A DNA stretch of 64,000 bases from a virus (taxonomy: Duplodnaviria; Caudoviricetes): the IMG/VR virus record IMGVR_UViG_3300028048_003161, one strand, 5' to 3'. Positions 1 through 9,076 of this stretch are shown piece after piece. The translations under genes were made by a program, and so were the position numbers. The notes under the pieces were generated by a model. That model saw only the letters and a program-made list of their open reading frames with translations. It was not told the DNA's origin and did no database searches. The number at the start of each line of letters is the position of its first letter. The first letter of the stretch is position 1.

Positions 1-1
1 T

Positions 2-124
2 AGATTCATACCTGACCCTGTTAAATATGATCATATATTTACAGATGATGAGCTTTATAAGAAATATAACTTGACACAGGATGAAATAAGTATCATTGAA
101 TCAATAATTAAAGAACGTAAGTAA
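2..124 (+). CDS. 3' end (partial) of a probable Eco57I-like type IIG restriction-modification protein
   Basis: Frame 2 reads RFIPDPVKYDHIFTDDELYKKYNLTQDEISIIESIIKERK*, resembling the (F)VP..D....TD.ELYKKY.LT.EEI.FIES.IK C-terminus of Eco57I-domain R-M proteins; directly upstream of McrBC. Confidence 0.6.
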   Translation, partial: RFIPDPVKYDHIFTDDELYKKYNLTQDEISIIESIIKERK

Positions 125-144
125 AAAGTAGGAGGAATATAAAA

Positions 145-1674
145 ATGTTAAAGGTAAACATTCCAGAAAAAGAGGATATGTTAGTGTTTAGAAATGAGAG
201 CACTAAAGAGTTGGTTACAGTGTTTAAAAATGGTAGAGTGGCTACTAAAGAAATTTCATACCCTTCCATTGATGCTTTCTTAAAAGCAACAGGAATTGAG
301 TATTCAGACAGCAACTTGGTAGTTATAGACTGCAATAATAAATCAGCAGGAACTTTAGCAGATTATATAATCACAGATGAGACTAGTGATGAAAAAGACA
401 CAGCAGCTGAAACAGACACACAAGCAGCTGACACAGACACACAAGCAGAGGAAACAGACACACAAGCAGTTGAAGCAGAAGAAAAAGCAGCTGACACAGA
501 AGAGTCAGCAGAGGAAGTTGCAGATATAGACAGTATGATTTTAGAGGCATACAGGGATAAAGAGAAGAGGACAAATCAGATGACACATCAGATGTCTATA
601 ACAGACAGTGAGATTGTAAATAACTTGTCTGATGTAGACAGGGATATGTTTATTGGTCAGACAGATGCAATTGGTAAGGGCATTGCAGAAGTTGCAAACA
701 ACCTAGAAAAGATCAACAGTCAGTTAAGCGAAAAGTCATCTTCATCTAATAAAAGCAGTGACACAGAAGTTGAGCAGTTCGCTGATGCTGAATTACATCA
801 CAAACCTTTTGACAGCATTTGGTTACCTGGAGAATATACAAAAGATAGCTTAATTACAATTCTAAAAATTAGAAAAGCAGTGATGTTTTATTCAGCTCCT
901 GGTATGGGAAAGACAACTACAGCAATTGCACTTGCAAATGAGTTTGCAGGTGATGCATCAAGAGTAACTATTGTGCAGTTTAGTGAAAATTATAGTTACA
1001 CTGATTTCATTGGTGGACTTAGACCAAGTGAGGATACAAAGAGTGGTTTCAAGTATACAGATGGAATTTTTACTAAACTTTGTAAAAAGGCATACAGTGA
1101 CAGTGATAATAGATATGTACTTGTGATTGATGAGATCAACAGAACAAAAGTTGAGGAAGTCATTGGAGAAATGATGAATCTCATGGAAAGACGTGGTGAG
1201 CCTATTACAATTAGGAATGGTTCTAAACTGGTGATGCCTGATAACTTGTTTATTGTAGCAACAATGAATGCAATGGATAATGGAATTCATAAGATGTCAG
1301 CAGCTACTATTGATAGATTTGCAGTGATTGATATGAGTGAAGCAAGGATTAACATTGACAGCATTAAACCTGATTGTGATAGTTTATTGAAATCAGCAAT
1401 GAAAAAGGTATATGAGGCAGTGGTTACTATAAATGAATACTTGGAGAAAGATATCAAAGGCAAACAGAATATTATTGGACCTAGGTTCTTGTTTACTGAT
1501 TATTCAAGTGTGTCAGAATTAAAATTGATTGTAGACACTAGTGTTAAGCCTTCAATTTCAAAGAAAGAGCAGTCATTAAATGAGACAGACAAGGAAAGAA
1601 TTGTAGGACTTGTAGCAAAAATGGATGCACAGTTAGAGAATTACATTGAGCAGGAAAAGGACATGACAGAATAA
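145..1674 (+). CDS. mcrB: McrB-like AAA+ GTPase (modification-dependent restriction motor)
   Basis: Walker A SAPGMGKT, VQFSENYSYTDFIGG, Walker B VIDEINR, McrB signature MNAMD (NxxD); followed by McrC-like gene; GGAGG RBS. Confidence 0.85.
   Translation: MLKVNIPEKEDMLVFRNESTKELVTVFKNGRVATKEISYPSIDAFLKATGIEYSDSNLVVIDCNNKSAGTLADYIITDETSDEKDTAAETDTQAADTDTQAEETDTQAVEAEEKAADTEESAEEVADIDSMILEAYRDKEKRTNQMTHQMSITDSEIVNNLSDVDRDMFIGQTDAIGKGIAEVANNLEKINSQLSEKSSSSNKSSDTEVEQFADAELHHKPFDSIWLPGEYTKDSLITILKIRKAVMFYSAPGMGKTTTAIALANEFAGDASRVTIVQFSENYSYTDFIGGLRPSEDTKSGFKYTDGIFTKLCKKAYSDSDNRYVLVIDEINRTKVEEVIGEMMNLMERRGEPITIRNGSKLVMPDNLFIVATMNAMDNGIHKMSAATIDRFAVIDMSEARINIDSIKPDCDSLLKSAMKKVYEAVVTINEYLEKDIKGKQNIIGPRFLFTDYSSVSELKLIVDTSVKPSISKKEQSLNETDKERIVGLVAKMDAQLENYIEQEKDMTE
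403..510 (+). repeat. In-frame 21-nt tandem repeats in the McrB N-terminal linker
   Basis: gcagctgaaacagacacacaa / gcagctgacacagacacacaa / gcagaggaaacagacacacaa plus degenerate copies, encoding AAETDTQ-like heptads. Confidence 0.85.
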
Positions 1675-1709
1675 AAAATTGGACAGCAGATGTTTAATTG
1701 GAGGACAGG

Positions 1710-2741
1710 ATGCAATTAGAAAACATTGAGTGGAAAAACATATATCATATGTTGTGTTACGCTGTTGATGAATTAAGATACTTCAATGAGAATTGGATTG
1801 ACTATGAAGAAATCAATGGTGAGCATGATTTACTGGCTGAACTTTTGTGTAGCAGTTTCAAGTTAGTTTATGACAATGGTTATTTGTATGAATACATTTC
1901 AAAAGAAATTGTTACAGATAAACCTTATGGAGACATTAACATTGAAAAGAGCATTGAGACAGGAGTTCTTGCAGACAGGAAATTGGTTTGTACAGTGAAT
2001 AGTTCAGACATTGATAATAGATATAATCAGCTTATTAAGCTAGCATTTAATTTGTTATTGGAGTCAAACAATGTGATTAGTAAGAAGATTAGTATAAAGT
2101 TGGTTGCACGTCTAAAACAGTATGTTATGTTACTAGATGAGGTGACTGACATAGAGCCTAGTAGAGAGGTACTTATAGGTTTAGATGAGGCGACAGAGTG
2201 GTATAGACCTGTACTATCAGTTTGTAATTTAATTGTGAACGATTGGCTAGCATGGGATGAAAGTGGTGAGCAGAGACTTCTTAGTTTGGAGGATGGTGCA
2301 AGATTAAGATACATATATCAAAAGGCAACTAAAAACTACTACAGACAGTGGGGTAAGTACAAAGTCATTACAGAAACTTATAAGGCAGATGATAATGACG
2401 ACGACAGTAACTTTTTGTTAATACCTGATTGTGTGCTTGTAAACGAGAGAAAGAAAAAGTTATTAATTATTGATAACAAATGGTATGAGCGCAGTGATCC
2501 TAGGTCATCAATGGGAAAGACATTAACTTATGGTATTAGGGCAAAGAAAACAAAAAGAAAAGACTATGAGATTAGTGCAGTTACATTGGTTGCAAGTTCA
2601 AATAAAAGTGGACCTGCTTGTGTAGATAAAAGGACACCAGATATTGATGTTGAGTCATCATTATATTTTCAGAAAATGAACACTGATTTTGAAAGTATTA
2701 AGCAGTCATGGAATGACTTGGCAGACAAATACTTGAATTAG
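1710..2741 (+). CDS. mcrC: McrC-like PD-(D/E)xK nuclease subunit
   Basis: N-terminal KNIYHMLCYA typical of McrC; LIPDCVL...IIDNKWY PD-(D/E)xK motif; start taken at ATG 1710 after GGAGG. Confidence 0.8.
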   Translation: MQLENIEWKNIYHMLCYAVDELRYFNENWIDYEEINGEHDLLAELLCSSFKLVYDNGYLYEYISKEIVTDKPYGDINIEKSIETGVLADRKLVCTVNSSDIDNRYNQLIKLAFNLLLESNNVISKKISIKLVARLKQYVMLLDEVTDIEPSREVLIGLDEATEWYRPVLSVCNLIVNDWLAWDESGEQRLLSLEDGARLRYIYQKATKNYYRQWGKYKVITETYKADDNDDDSNFLLIPDCVLVNERKKKLLIIDNKWYERSDPRSSMGKTLTYGIRAKKTKRKDYEISAVTLVASSNKSGPACVDKRTPDIDVESSLYFQKMNTDFESIKQSWNDLADKYLN

Positions 2742-2867
2742 GGCATATAATTAAGTGAATAAGGCATAGGCAATAATGGGGAGTTGCAGCTTATATTAAG
2801 ATGTGGCAATAGTTAATAACCTTTTTGACACTACAAAATTAAAAGATCAGAAAGGAGATTTTGTTTA

Positions 2868-3545
2868 ATGCAGTTAACAATTTTAATGCCATGCTTAAAC
2901 GAGTCTAGGACAGTGGGTAAATGTGTGGATGATGCACACAAGTTTTTACAAAAGAACAATATTGACGGAGAAGTAATTGTAGCAGACAGCAGTAGTGATA
3001 TGTCAGCCGACATTGCTGAATCACATGGGGCAAGAGTAGTAAGTTGCAAGTCTAAAGGATATGGGGCACGAATTAAAAGAGGTTTATCATGTTCAAGAGG
3101 TAAATACATCATAGTTGCTGATTGTGATGGCAGATATGACCTTAGACATTTGGAAAGTTTATATAAAGCACTAAAGAATGGATTTGACTTTGTAGTAGGT
3201 GATAGGTTTGCGTGCTATATTGAAAAAGGTACACTATCAATTAGGCATAAGTTTGGTGCAAAGTTTGTTTCATTTATGGGCAGAAAAATGTTTCATAATG
3301 ACATTCAAGATTATACTTGTGGACTTAGAGGAATGAGCAAGGAGTCAGCTGATAATTTGGACTTTCATAGTGATTCTGGAGCACTTGCAACAGAAATGGT
3401 TGCAGACTATGAAAAGAGTGATTACAGTATGTGTCAGGTACCTGTATTTTTGTATAATAAACATGAGGTAATAGACACATTTACACCTAGTAAATGGTTT
3501 ACACACTTAAAAATGATGTTTAAAGTAAAACACAGTACAATATAG
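2868..3545 (+). CDS. Family 2 glycosyltransferase (DPM-synthase-like)
   Basis: ILMPCLNE, EVIVAD, KGYG, DxD motif ADCDG, FVVGDRF. Confidence 0.85.
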   Translation: MQLTILMPCLNESRTVGKCVDDAHKFLQKNNIDGEVIVADSSSDMSADIAESHGARVVSCKSKGYGARIKRGLSCSRGKYIIVADCDGRYDLRHLESLYKALKNGFDFVVGDRFACYIEKGTLSIRHKFGAKFVSFMGRKMFHNDIQDYTCGLRGMSKESADNLDFHSDSGALATEMVADYEKSDYSMCQVPVFLYNKHEVIDTFTPSKWFTHLKMMFKVKHSTI

Positions 3546-3737
3546 ATTGAAAATGGATAGACGTAAAAAGAATAAAAACTAGCATAAGCTAAAAAGCACA
3601 AGAAAACTGAAAATAGTGGACAGCAGTGGTAATTAAATCTGTTGTTCACTATTTTTATTTATGCACTAATATAAAAAGGTCCAGATTGTAGGGCAGTTAG
3701 ATATAATAAATAAAAGAAAAATTTAGGAGGCTGGAAA

Positions 3738-5894
3738 ATGGTTGATGCAGTATATATGTATATTAGGGGCTTATGGTTTAATACACAGGTCAATAGGTAT
3801 GTAAGAATTAGACCTTCTGATATCAAGTCTAACAATACAGAAGAGAATAACAAGCAGGTTGAGGAATATATTGACAGGATTGATGAGTTACTTGACCTTC
3901 ATCATAGAGTTAAGATGCTTGGTAAAATAGTTTGTATGCTCGGTCAGGTTCCTCTTGTAGACTTGGATGAAGAGGGAGATAACATCCCTAATTTGACCTT
4001 TAACCTTGTAGCTTGCATAGAATCAACATCAGACAGATTGACACATCATACAAGAAATATAAGAAGGGCATTAAAGAAATATGGATTAGACAGTACAGAT
4101 GGAGAAATCAGCACTTGTATAAAAGACAGTATTGATTGGATGGAAAATAAGCAAAACAAACAAATTGAACTTGCATTGAATTTCATCAAGGATCTTGGAC
4201 TACAGGGAGTGCTGGACACTATTAAAGAGACAAGTGGTTTAGGTTTAATAGAGGATATGCAGGCTACTATTGGACGAGACAGTAGATGGATTAAGTCATA
4301 CATGACTAAAATGAGAAATATTGCATATGATAATAACATTCCTTGGATCAAACTTCATGGTGATTTAGTAGAGTATCAGCATAAGAAGCAAAAGGAACTT
4401 GACTATAATTTGGACAGTGCATTACATAAAGGGATTAAGCAGTTCAAAGAGGCAAAGAAAGCATTAAGAATATCTGAAAGCAACATTAAACATATGATTG
4501 CTAACAACTACAATGAGCCTAAAGAGGCATTTAGTGACCTTTCAAATTATAGTGAGGACATTGTGGCGGAGAGTAAGTACAATGTTTATTTGATACAGGG
4601 TTTAGATCAGCAAAATCAGTTGAGATTTGTCAGCTCATCATTTGGAAAAGAGACAAGACGTTACAGAGATTATATGATGAACAATGGTGATGGGCATACA
4701 ACACCTGAAAAGGCAGAGAAGTTCAGATATGGAAAGCAGTTTACTGCAACTGATAGTTTTGATGCTAAACTCTTCTTAACAAGAGAGGACGCAGAGATGT
4801 TTATCTTTGAGCAGGAGTTAGAAATGAATGACTTCTTTAAGACAGAAGAGGTCCTTGAAATAAATGTGAAAGTCTTGTATGATAGATACAATAACAAGTA
4901 TAAGGAAATGAGATACAGTGATCCTACTAACCTCGGCTTAATGAAAGATGGGATACTTGTAGGGAATATTGATGGTGCAGCTAGTGATATCTATGATTTG
5001 CTTTCAAAATGGGCTGGTACAGCTGATCGAGTAAAAGTAGAGAATAAAATAAAAGAAGCAATAACTGAACAAGTTGACAAATCAATTAACATAGGATTTG
5101 ATAATTTTAACATTGAGAAGTTTATCAACAAACATGGAGTAGGAAAGGTAAGCTTCAAATTAAATGGGTACTCATTGGTTTATGCTGACAGGACAGCAGA
5201 TGGAACATTTAACATTTATGTCAAGCATTTCACAATTGGCAGGGTTAAAGACAAGAAGGGCTCAGAGAGAATGTTGATTGACATACTTGATAGTGGAGAG
5301 ATCAATGAGGGAAATGTTTGGGACTACTTGGTAGATACTAAAGCATATTCAGAAAGAGCAATTAGACATAACTTGACTAGTTTGTACGAGGGATATAGTA
5401 GATGGAGCATCCTTGTAAAAACATCTGTACATGGGGCAGACATTACAGACGTAGCAGTAAATTGTGAGATTGCATTAAAGAAAGTCAAACAGACACTGAA
5501 ATTGTTAGATAGTACATATGAAAGTTTAACAAATAAGGAAAAGAGTGGTACCATTGAGGAAAAAGGATTGGTCAGTAGGATAAACAGGGCGAAAGCAGAG
5601 ACAGGAAAAGCATACATAGTGGGAAGATGCAACATCAGTACAGTTAAACCTGGAGACATTGAGAAAATTGGCAGAGGAACAGGAATTACATTGTATTCAG
5701 AGGACGATGTATTTTCATCATCAATGAACAAAATAAAAGTGTTTAGTAGCTTCGCTGATGCAAAGAAAACCACAGATCAAGTTAGAGGTAAGCATTGGGA
5801 TAAGAGGTTTATCATGGAGGTTGGACATGAGAAAGAGTGCAAGATCACAGGTAAAATTGGGTTTAGCATAGAGAAAAAGGAACAATTAGCATAG
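3738..5894 (+). CDS. Hypothetical protein (718 aa)
   Basis: Long ORF with AGGAGG RBS; no motif recognised. Confidence 0.75.
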   Translation: MVDAVYMYIRGLWFNTQVNRYVRIRPSDIKSNNTEENNKQVEEYIDRIDELLDLHHRVKMLGKIVCMLGQVPLVDLDEEGDNIPNLTFNLVACIESTSDRLTHHTRNIRRALKKYGLDSTDGEISTCIKDSIDWMENKQNKQIELALNFIKDLGLQGVLDTIKETSGLGLIEDMQATIGRDSRWIKSYMTKMRNIAYDNNIPWIKLHGDLVEYQHKKQKELDYNLDSALHKGIKQFKEAKKALRISESNIKHMIANNYNEPKEAFSDLSNYSEDIVAESKYNVYLIQGLDQQNQLRFVSSSFGKETRRYRDYMMNNGDGHTTPEKAEKFRYGKQFTATDSFDAKLFLTREDAEMFIFEQELEMNDFFKTEEVLEINVKVLYDRYNNKYKEMRYSDPTNLGLMKDGILVGNIDGAASDIYDLLSKWAGTADRVKVENKIKEAITEQVDKSINIGFDNFNIEKFINKHGVGKVSFKLNGYSLVYADRTADGTFNIYVKHFTIGRVKDKKGSERMLIDILDSGEINEGNVWDYLVDTKAYSERAIRHNLTSLYEGYSRWSILVKTSVHGADITDVAVNCEIALKKVKQTLKLLDSTYESLTNKEKSGTIEEKGLVSRINRAKAETGKAYIVGRCNISTVKPGDIEKIGRGTGITLYSEDDVFSSSMNKIKVFSSFADAKKTTDQVRGKHWDKRFIMEVGHEKECKITGKIGFSIEKKEQLA

Positions 5895-5984
5895 ACGAGA
5901 AAGAGCATGCAGAGGCATAACAAGGGCTAAGCATTAAAGAAGGCAAGCTTCAAGATTATACAAAAGAATAGGGCATATGACAAT

Positions 5985-6025
5985 AAAGCAAGCACACCAT
6001 ATATTAAGTAGGATGTGCTTGTTTT
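5985..6025 (+). terminator. Probable intrinsic terminator
   Basis: aagcaagcaca...tgtgcttgtttt inverted repeat downstream of ORF 3738-5894. Confidence 0.55.
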
Positions 6026-6204
6026 AGATCATAGGGTACAAATAAAAATATGTTTTTATTAAAATTTAAAATAAAAAGAGAAGGCAGAGGGTTTTAATGA
6101 ACATGCATAGCAAAAAGAAAGCAGCATCATAGAGAAATTGAATGGTACAGATAGTACAAAGAGATATACACTTGGGGGATAATGTTTAGCATAGGAATAT
6201 GTGC

Positions 6205-6765
6205 TGGGGGATGCATAGAGAAATAAAAAGCTGATGCATCACTAAATTTAAGGTGGTGCATCGCTAGTTTTGAGTGATGCATAGAAATATGAAATGTTTA
6301 GCACTCAAATGGATGTATGCATAGGAGAAGTGGGAAACAATGATGCATCTATGATTTTTGGGGGATACACTGACAAATTGAGAGGGGATACATCGCTTAA
6401 TAAAACAAAGATGCATAGAAAAACAGGAAAAATTGATGCACCTCTAAAAAGAAGGATACACCTATGGTAGAGGGATGATGCATAGCAACATGAAGGGTAA
6501 TGCATCACTTGTTTCAGGGGGATTCATTGGTGGAAAAAGGGTGATGCACAGCTATGAAAAGTTGATACATAGTGAACTAAATGGTTTAATCACCTCTATA
6601 AAAGTTGATGCATAGCAAATTAAAAGAGTGATGCACCACTATAAAAGTTATATCATCGCTATAAAAATTGATATCATAGGACAAAAAGAGATGATGCATC
6701 ACTATGAAAAGCAGATGCCTCACTATTTAAGAAGATAATGCATCACTATGAAAATTGCATCATAT
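6205..6765. repeat. Non-coding phased array of ~25 degenerate GATGCA(T/C) motifs at ~22 bp period
   Basis: Cores at about 6210, 6233, 6255, 6276, 6316, 6342, 6364, 6387, 6410, 6435, 6455, 6477, 6499, 6521, 6543, 6564, 6607, 6630, 6693, 6714, 6737; best-conserved unit TGATGCATCACTATRAAAA. Confidence 0.85.
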
Positions 6766-6820
6766 ACAAAATCAATATATTTAGCATACAATGATAATTG
6801 AGTCATAGGAGGATAAAAAT

Positions 6821-7315
6821 ATGAACATTAAGATTTATACAGATGGAGCATGTTCAGGAAACCCTGGACCTGGTGGTTGGGGTTGTGTATTACAGGCATT
6901 TTTACCTGATGGACAGCTCTTTCAAAGAGAGCACAGTGGTGGATATAGGATGACTACAAACAATAGGATGGAGCTAGCAGCTATAATCAATGGTTTGACT
7001 TACATCAATGGAGTAGGTCATGATGTAGAAATCATTTCAGACAGTGGCTATGTTTGTAATGCATTTAACGAGGGATGGATAGATAATTGGAGAAGAAACA
7101 ATTGGACAAAGGGCAAAAATGGTAGACTACCTAATGCTGATATGTGGCGGACACTATGGAATTTAGTGACCATGCAGAGAAATGTTAAGTTTACATTGGT
7201 AAAAGGACATGAGAACACAGAGTTGAACAATAGATGTGATAAGATGGCAGTAGCAGCAAGAAAAGATACAGCTCATTTGGAATTGGACTTTGGATATGAA
7301 CAGGGACTAGCATAG
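6821..7315 (+). CDS. rnhA: Ribonuclease HI
   Basis: IYTDGACSGNPGPGGWG, TTNNRMEL, SDSGYV, VKGH, NNRCDKMA. Confidence 0.95.
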   Translation: MNIKIYTDGACSGNPGPGGWGCVLQAFLPDGQLFQREHSGGYRMTTNNRMELAAIINGLTYINGVGHDVEIISDSGYVCNAFNEGWIDNWRRNNWTKGKNGRLPNADMWRTLWNLVTMQRNVKFTLVKGHENTELNNRCDKMAVAARKDTAHLELDFGYEQGLA

Positions 7316-7330
7316 AGGTCAAGTTGGTTT

Positions 7331-8155
7331 ATGCAGAATAAAAATAAAATCAAGCAGGAACTAAATGAAAAGCTTTACAAAATGTATAATGCTAAGCATT
7401 GGCAAGATTACAATGGTTCAATTGAGAAGTATGAATGCACTATCAACAAAGAGCATGGACTTTTCAAAGAAAGAGTAAGCAAACAAAGTAAAGATCACAT
7501 CATGGAGCAAGTTGCATATGAGATAGCAAATGTACTTGGGGTCAGATGTTGTAAGGCATCATGCAGGAAAGTAAATAGTTTATATGGAGCATTTTCAAGG
7601 TTTGAGGTACAAGATATAAGAAATATAATACCTTATGAAAGTATAATTGGTACAGTTGAATTAAGTGCAGATGAACTTATGAAAAGGACAATAGTACTTA
7701 CAAAAGGTAGGTATAACAGTTTTGTTTTGGAGTTATATCAGTTTATAATATTTGACTACATCTTAGGACAGATGGACAGACACATGGAGAACTTATCTGT
7801 ATACAGGAATAATAAAAGACAGACAATATGGTATCCTTTGTATGACAATGGGTTATGTTGTTTTTCTACATTTGGTAATGATGCAGCTGTGAAATATATG
7901 GACATGGGGTATTTCTCATCAAGACTAGGATTTAGTGAGGAAATACTTCAGTGTTTAGTAGAGTATAGGCATTTGATTTATCCTGGTGACCTTAGAGAAA
8001 TAGTGAGGTATCATCTACTAAATGAAAATGTACTTGGTGAAATAATAGATAAGTCTAACAAATACAATCAACTTACATTAGAAAGAAGAAACTGTACAAT
8101 TAAGTTTATTATGAATAACATCAGAGAAATTGATAGGCTCAATATGACAGCATAA
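7331..8155 (+). CDS. HipA/CtkA-like Ser/Thr kinase
   Basis: LFKE, EQVAYEIA, FDYILGQMDRHMENL catalytic loop, PLYDNG. Confidence 0.8.
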   Translation: MQNKNKIKQELNEKLYKMYNAKHWQDYNGSIEKYECTINKEHGLFKERVSKQSKDHIMEQVAYEIANVLGVRCCKASCRKVNSLYGAFSRFEVQDIRNIIPYESIIGTVELSADELMKRTIVLTKGRYNSFVLELYQFIIFDYILGQMDRHMENLSVYRNNKRQTIWYPLYDNGLCCFSTFGNDAAVKYMDMGYFSSRLGFSEEILQCLVEYRHLIYPGDLREIVRYHLLNENVLGEIIDKSNKYNQLTLERRNCTIKFIMNNIREIDRLNMTA

Positions 8156-8192
8156 ATCATAGAAATTGTACAATTAAAATAAAGGAGAGGCA

Positions 8193-8774
8193 ATGGGAGT
8201 TTATTATAAGAGCAAGTTCACAGATTTTGCAGCATCTGAACCTCCTTACACAGACACAGTTTATTGTAAGGATGAGAATAGAACAGTTTGTATAATACAT
8301 ATAGATGAAAATTGGAACATGTACGGAGAAGTAATTGACCCTTACGATTTGTTTATTAGTCCTGTAAAACCTATATTTGGACCATTAAATCAAGAGCAGT
8401 GTGAGCGTATGTTGATGAAAGATGCACCTAAATCTAACAGGGTGGATGTAATGAGAGAACTTGATATGGAGTTTATGGACTATGCAAAATTGATGTATTG
8501 CACTAGGTTAATAAATCTCATTAACAATTATTGGCTAGCATGGTCAGAGGATGATAAGGTTGAGGACTATCATCCTAGGTTTAATAAAGAGATCATGAAG
8601 GAAAGAGAGGCAAGCATGATAAAACTTGACCCTGAGCCTGAAGATTTGGAACCTAGCACACCTTATTGGGTGCCTGACTGGAGTAAGAGTATGGAAAACT
8701 TTGATAGACCAGAGATCAACAGTGAGATTGATACATCAGACATGGAATTTGGTAGTTCAAGGTTTGACACATAA
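8193..8774 (+). CDS. Hypothetical protein resembling the N-terminal/partner domain of Firmicutes HipA-like kinases
   Basis: ..P.SNR.DV..ELDM...D...L..TR....NNYWL pattern; directly downstream of the kinase. Confidence 0.5.
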   Translation: MGVYYKSKFTDFAASEPPYTDTVYCKDENRTVCIIHIDENWNMYGEVIDPYDLFISPVKPIFGPLNQEQCERMLMKDAPKSNRVDVMRELDMEFMDYAKLMYCTRLINLINNYWLAWSEDDKVEDYHPRFNKEIMKEREASMIKLDPEPEDLEPSTPYWVPDWSKSMENFDRPEINSEIDTSDMEFGSSRFDT

Positions 8775-8804
8775 TACATCAAGAAGAAAAGGTAAACACT
8801 AGAA

Positions 8805-9065
8805 ATGGAACTATTTTGCATTGTATATTATATTTGCAGCTATATTGCAGGAATACCTGCTATAGTAAAATTGATTAAGACAAAGAAAAGTAATGACTAT
8901 TCATTAGCAGAGGCAATTATAACAATAGTTGGAACAACTTCATGGACAATATACATTTTCAGTACAAGTCAAAGCATATGGGTTTATGTGGGCACAATAC
9001 TAGATCAAGTTATTGTACTTGTCTGGGATGGATTAATCATTAAATATTTCAAGAAAGAGCAGTAA
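8805..9065 (+). CDS. PQ-loop / SemiSWEET-like small membrane protein
   Basis: 86 aa, three hydrophobic segments, IPAIVKLIKTKKSNDYSL...SWTIY matches the SemiSWEET pattern (PQ replaced by PA). Confidence 0.7.
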   Translation: MELFCIVYYICSYIAGIPAIVKLIKTKKSNDYSLAEAIITIVGTTSWTIYIFSTSQSIWVYVGTILDQVIVLVWDGLIIKYFKKEQ

Positions 9066-9076
9066 CAAATGAGGGA

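Noticed and set aside
6205-6765. CRISPR array
   Set aside because: Repeat cores are only ~6-12 bp and degenerate, the period is ~22 bp with no 30-40 bp unique spacers, and no cas genes are present
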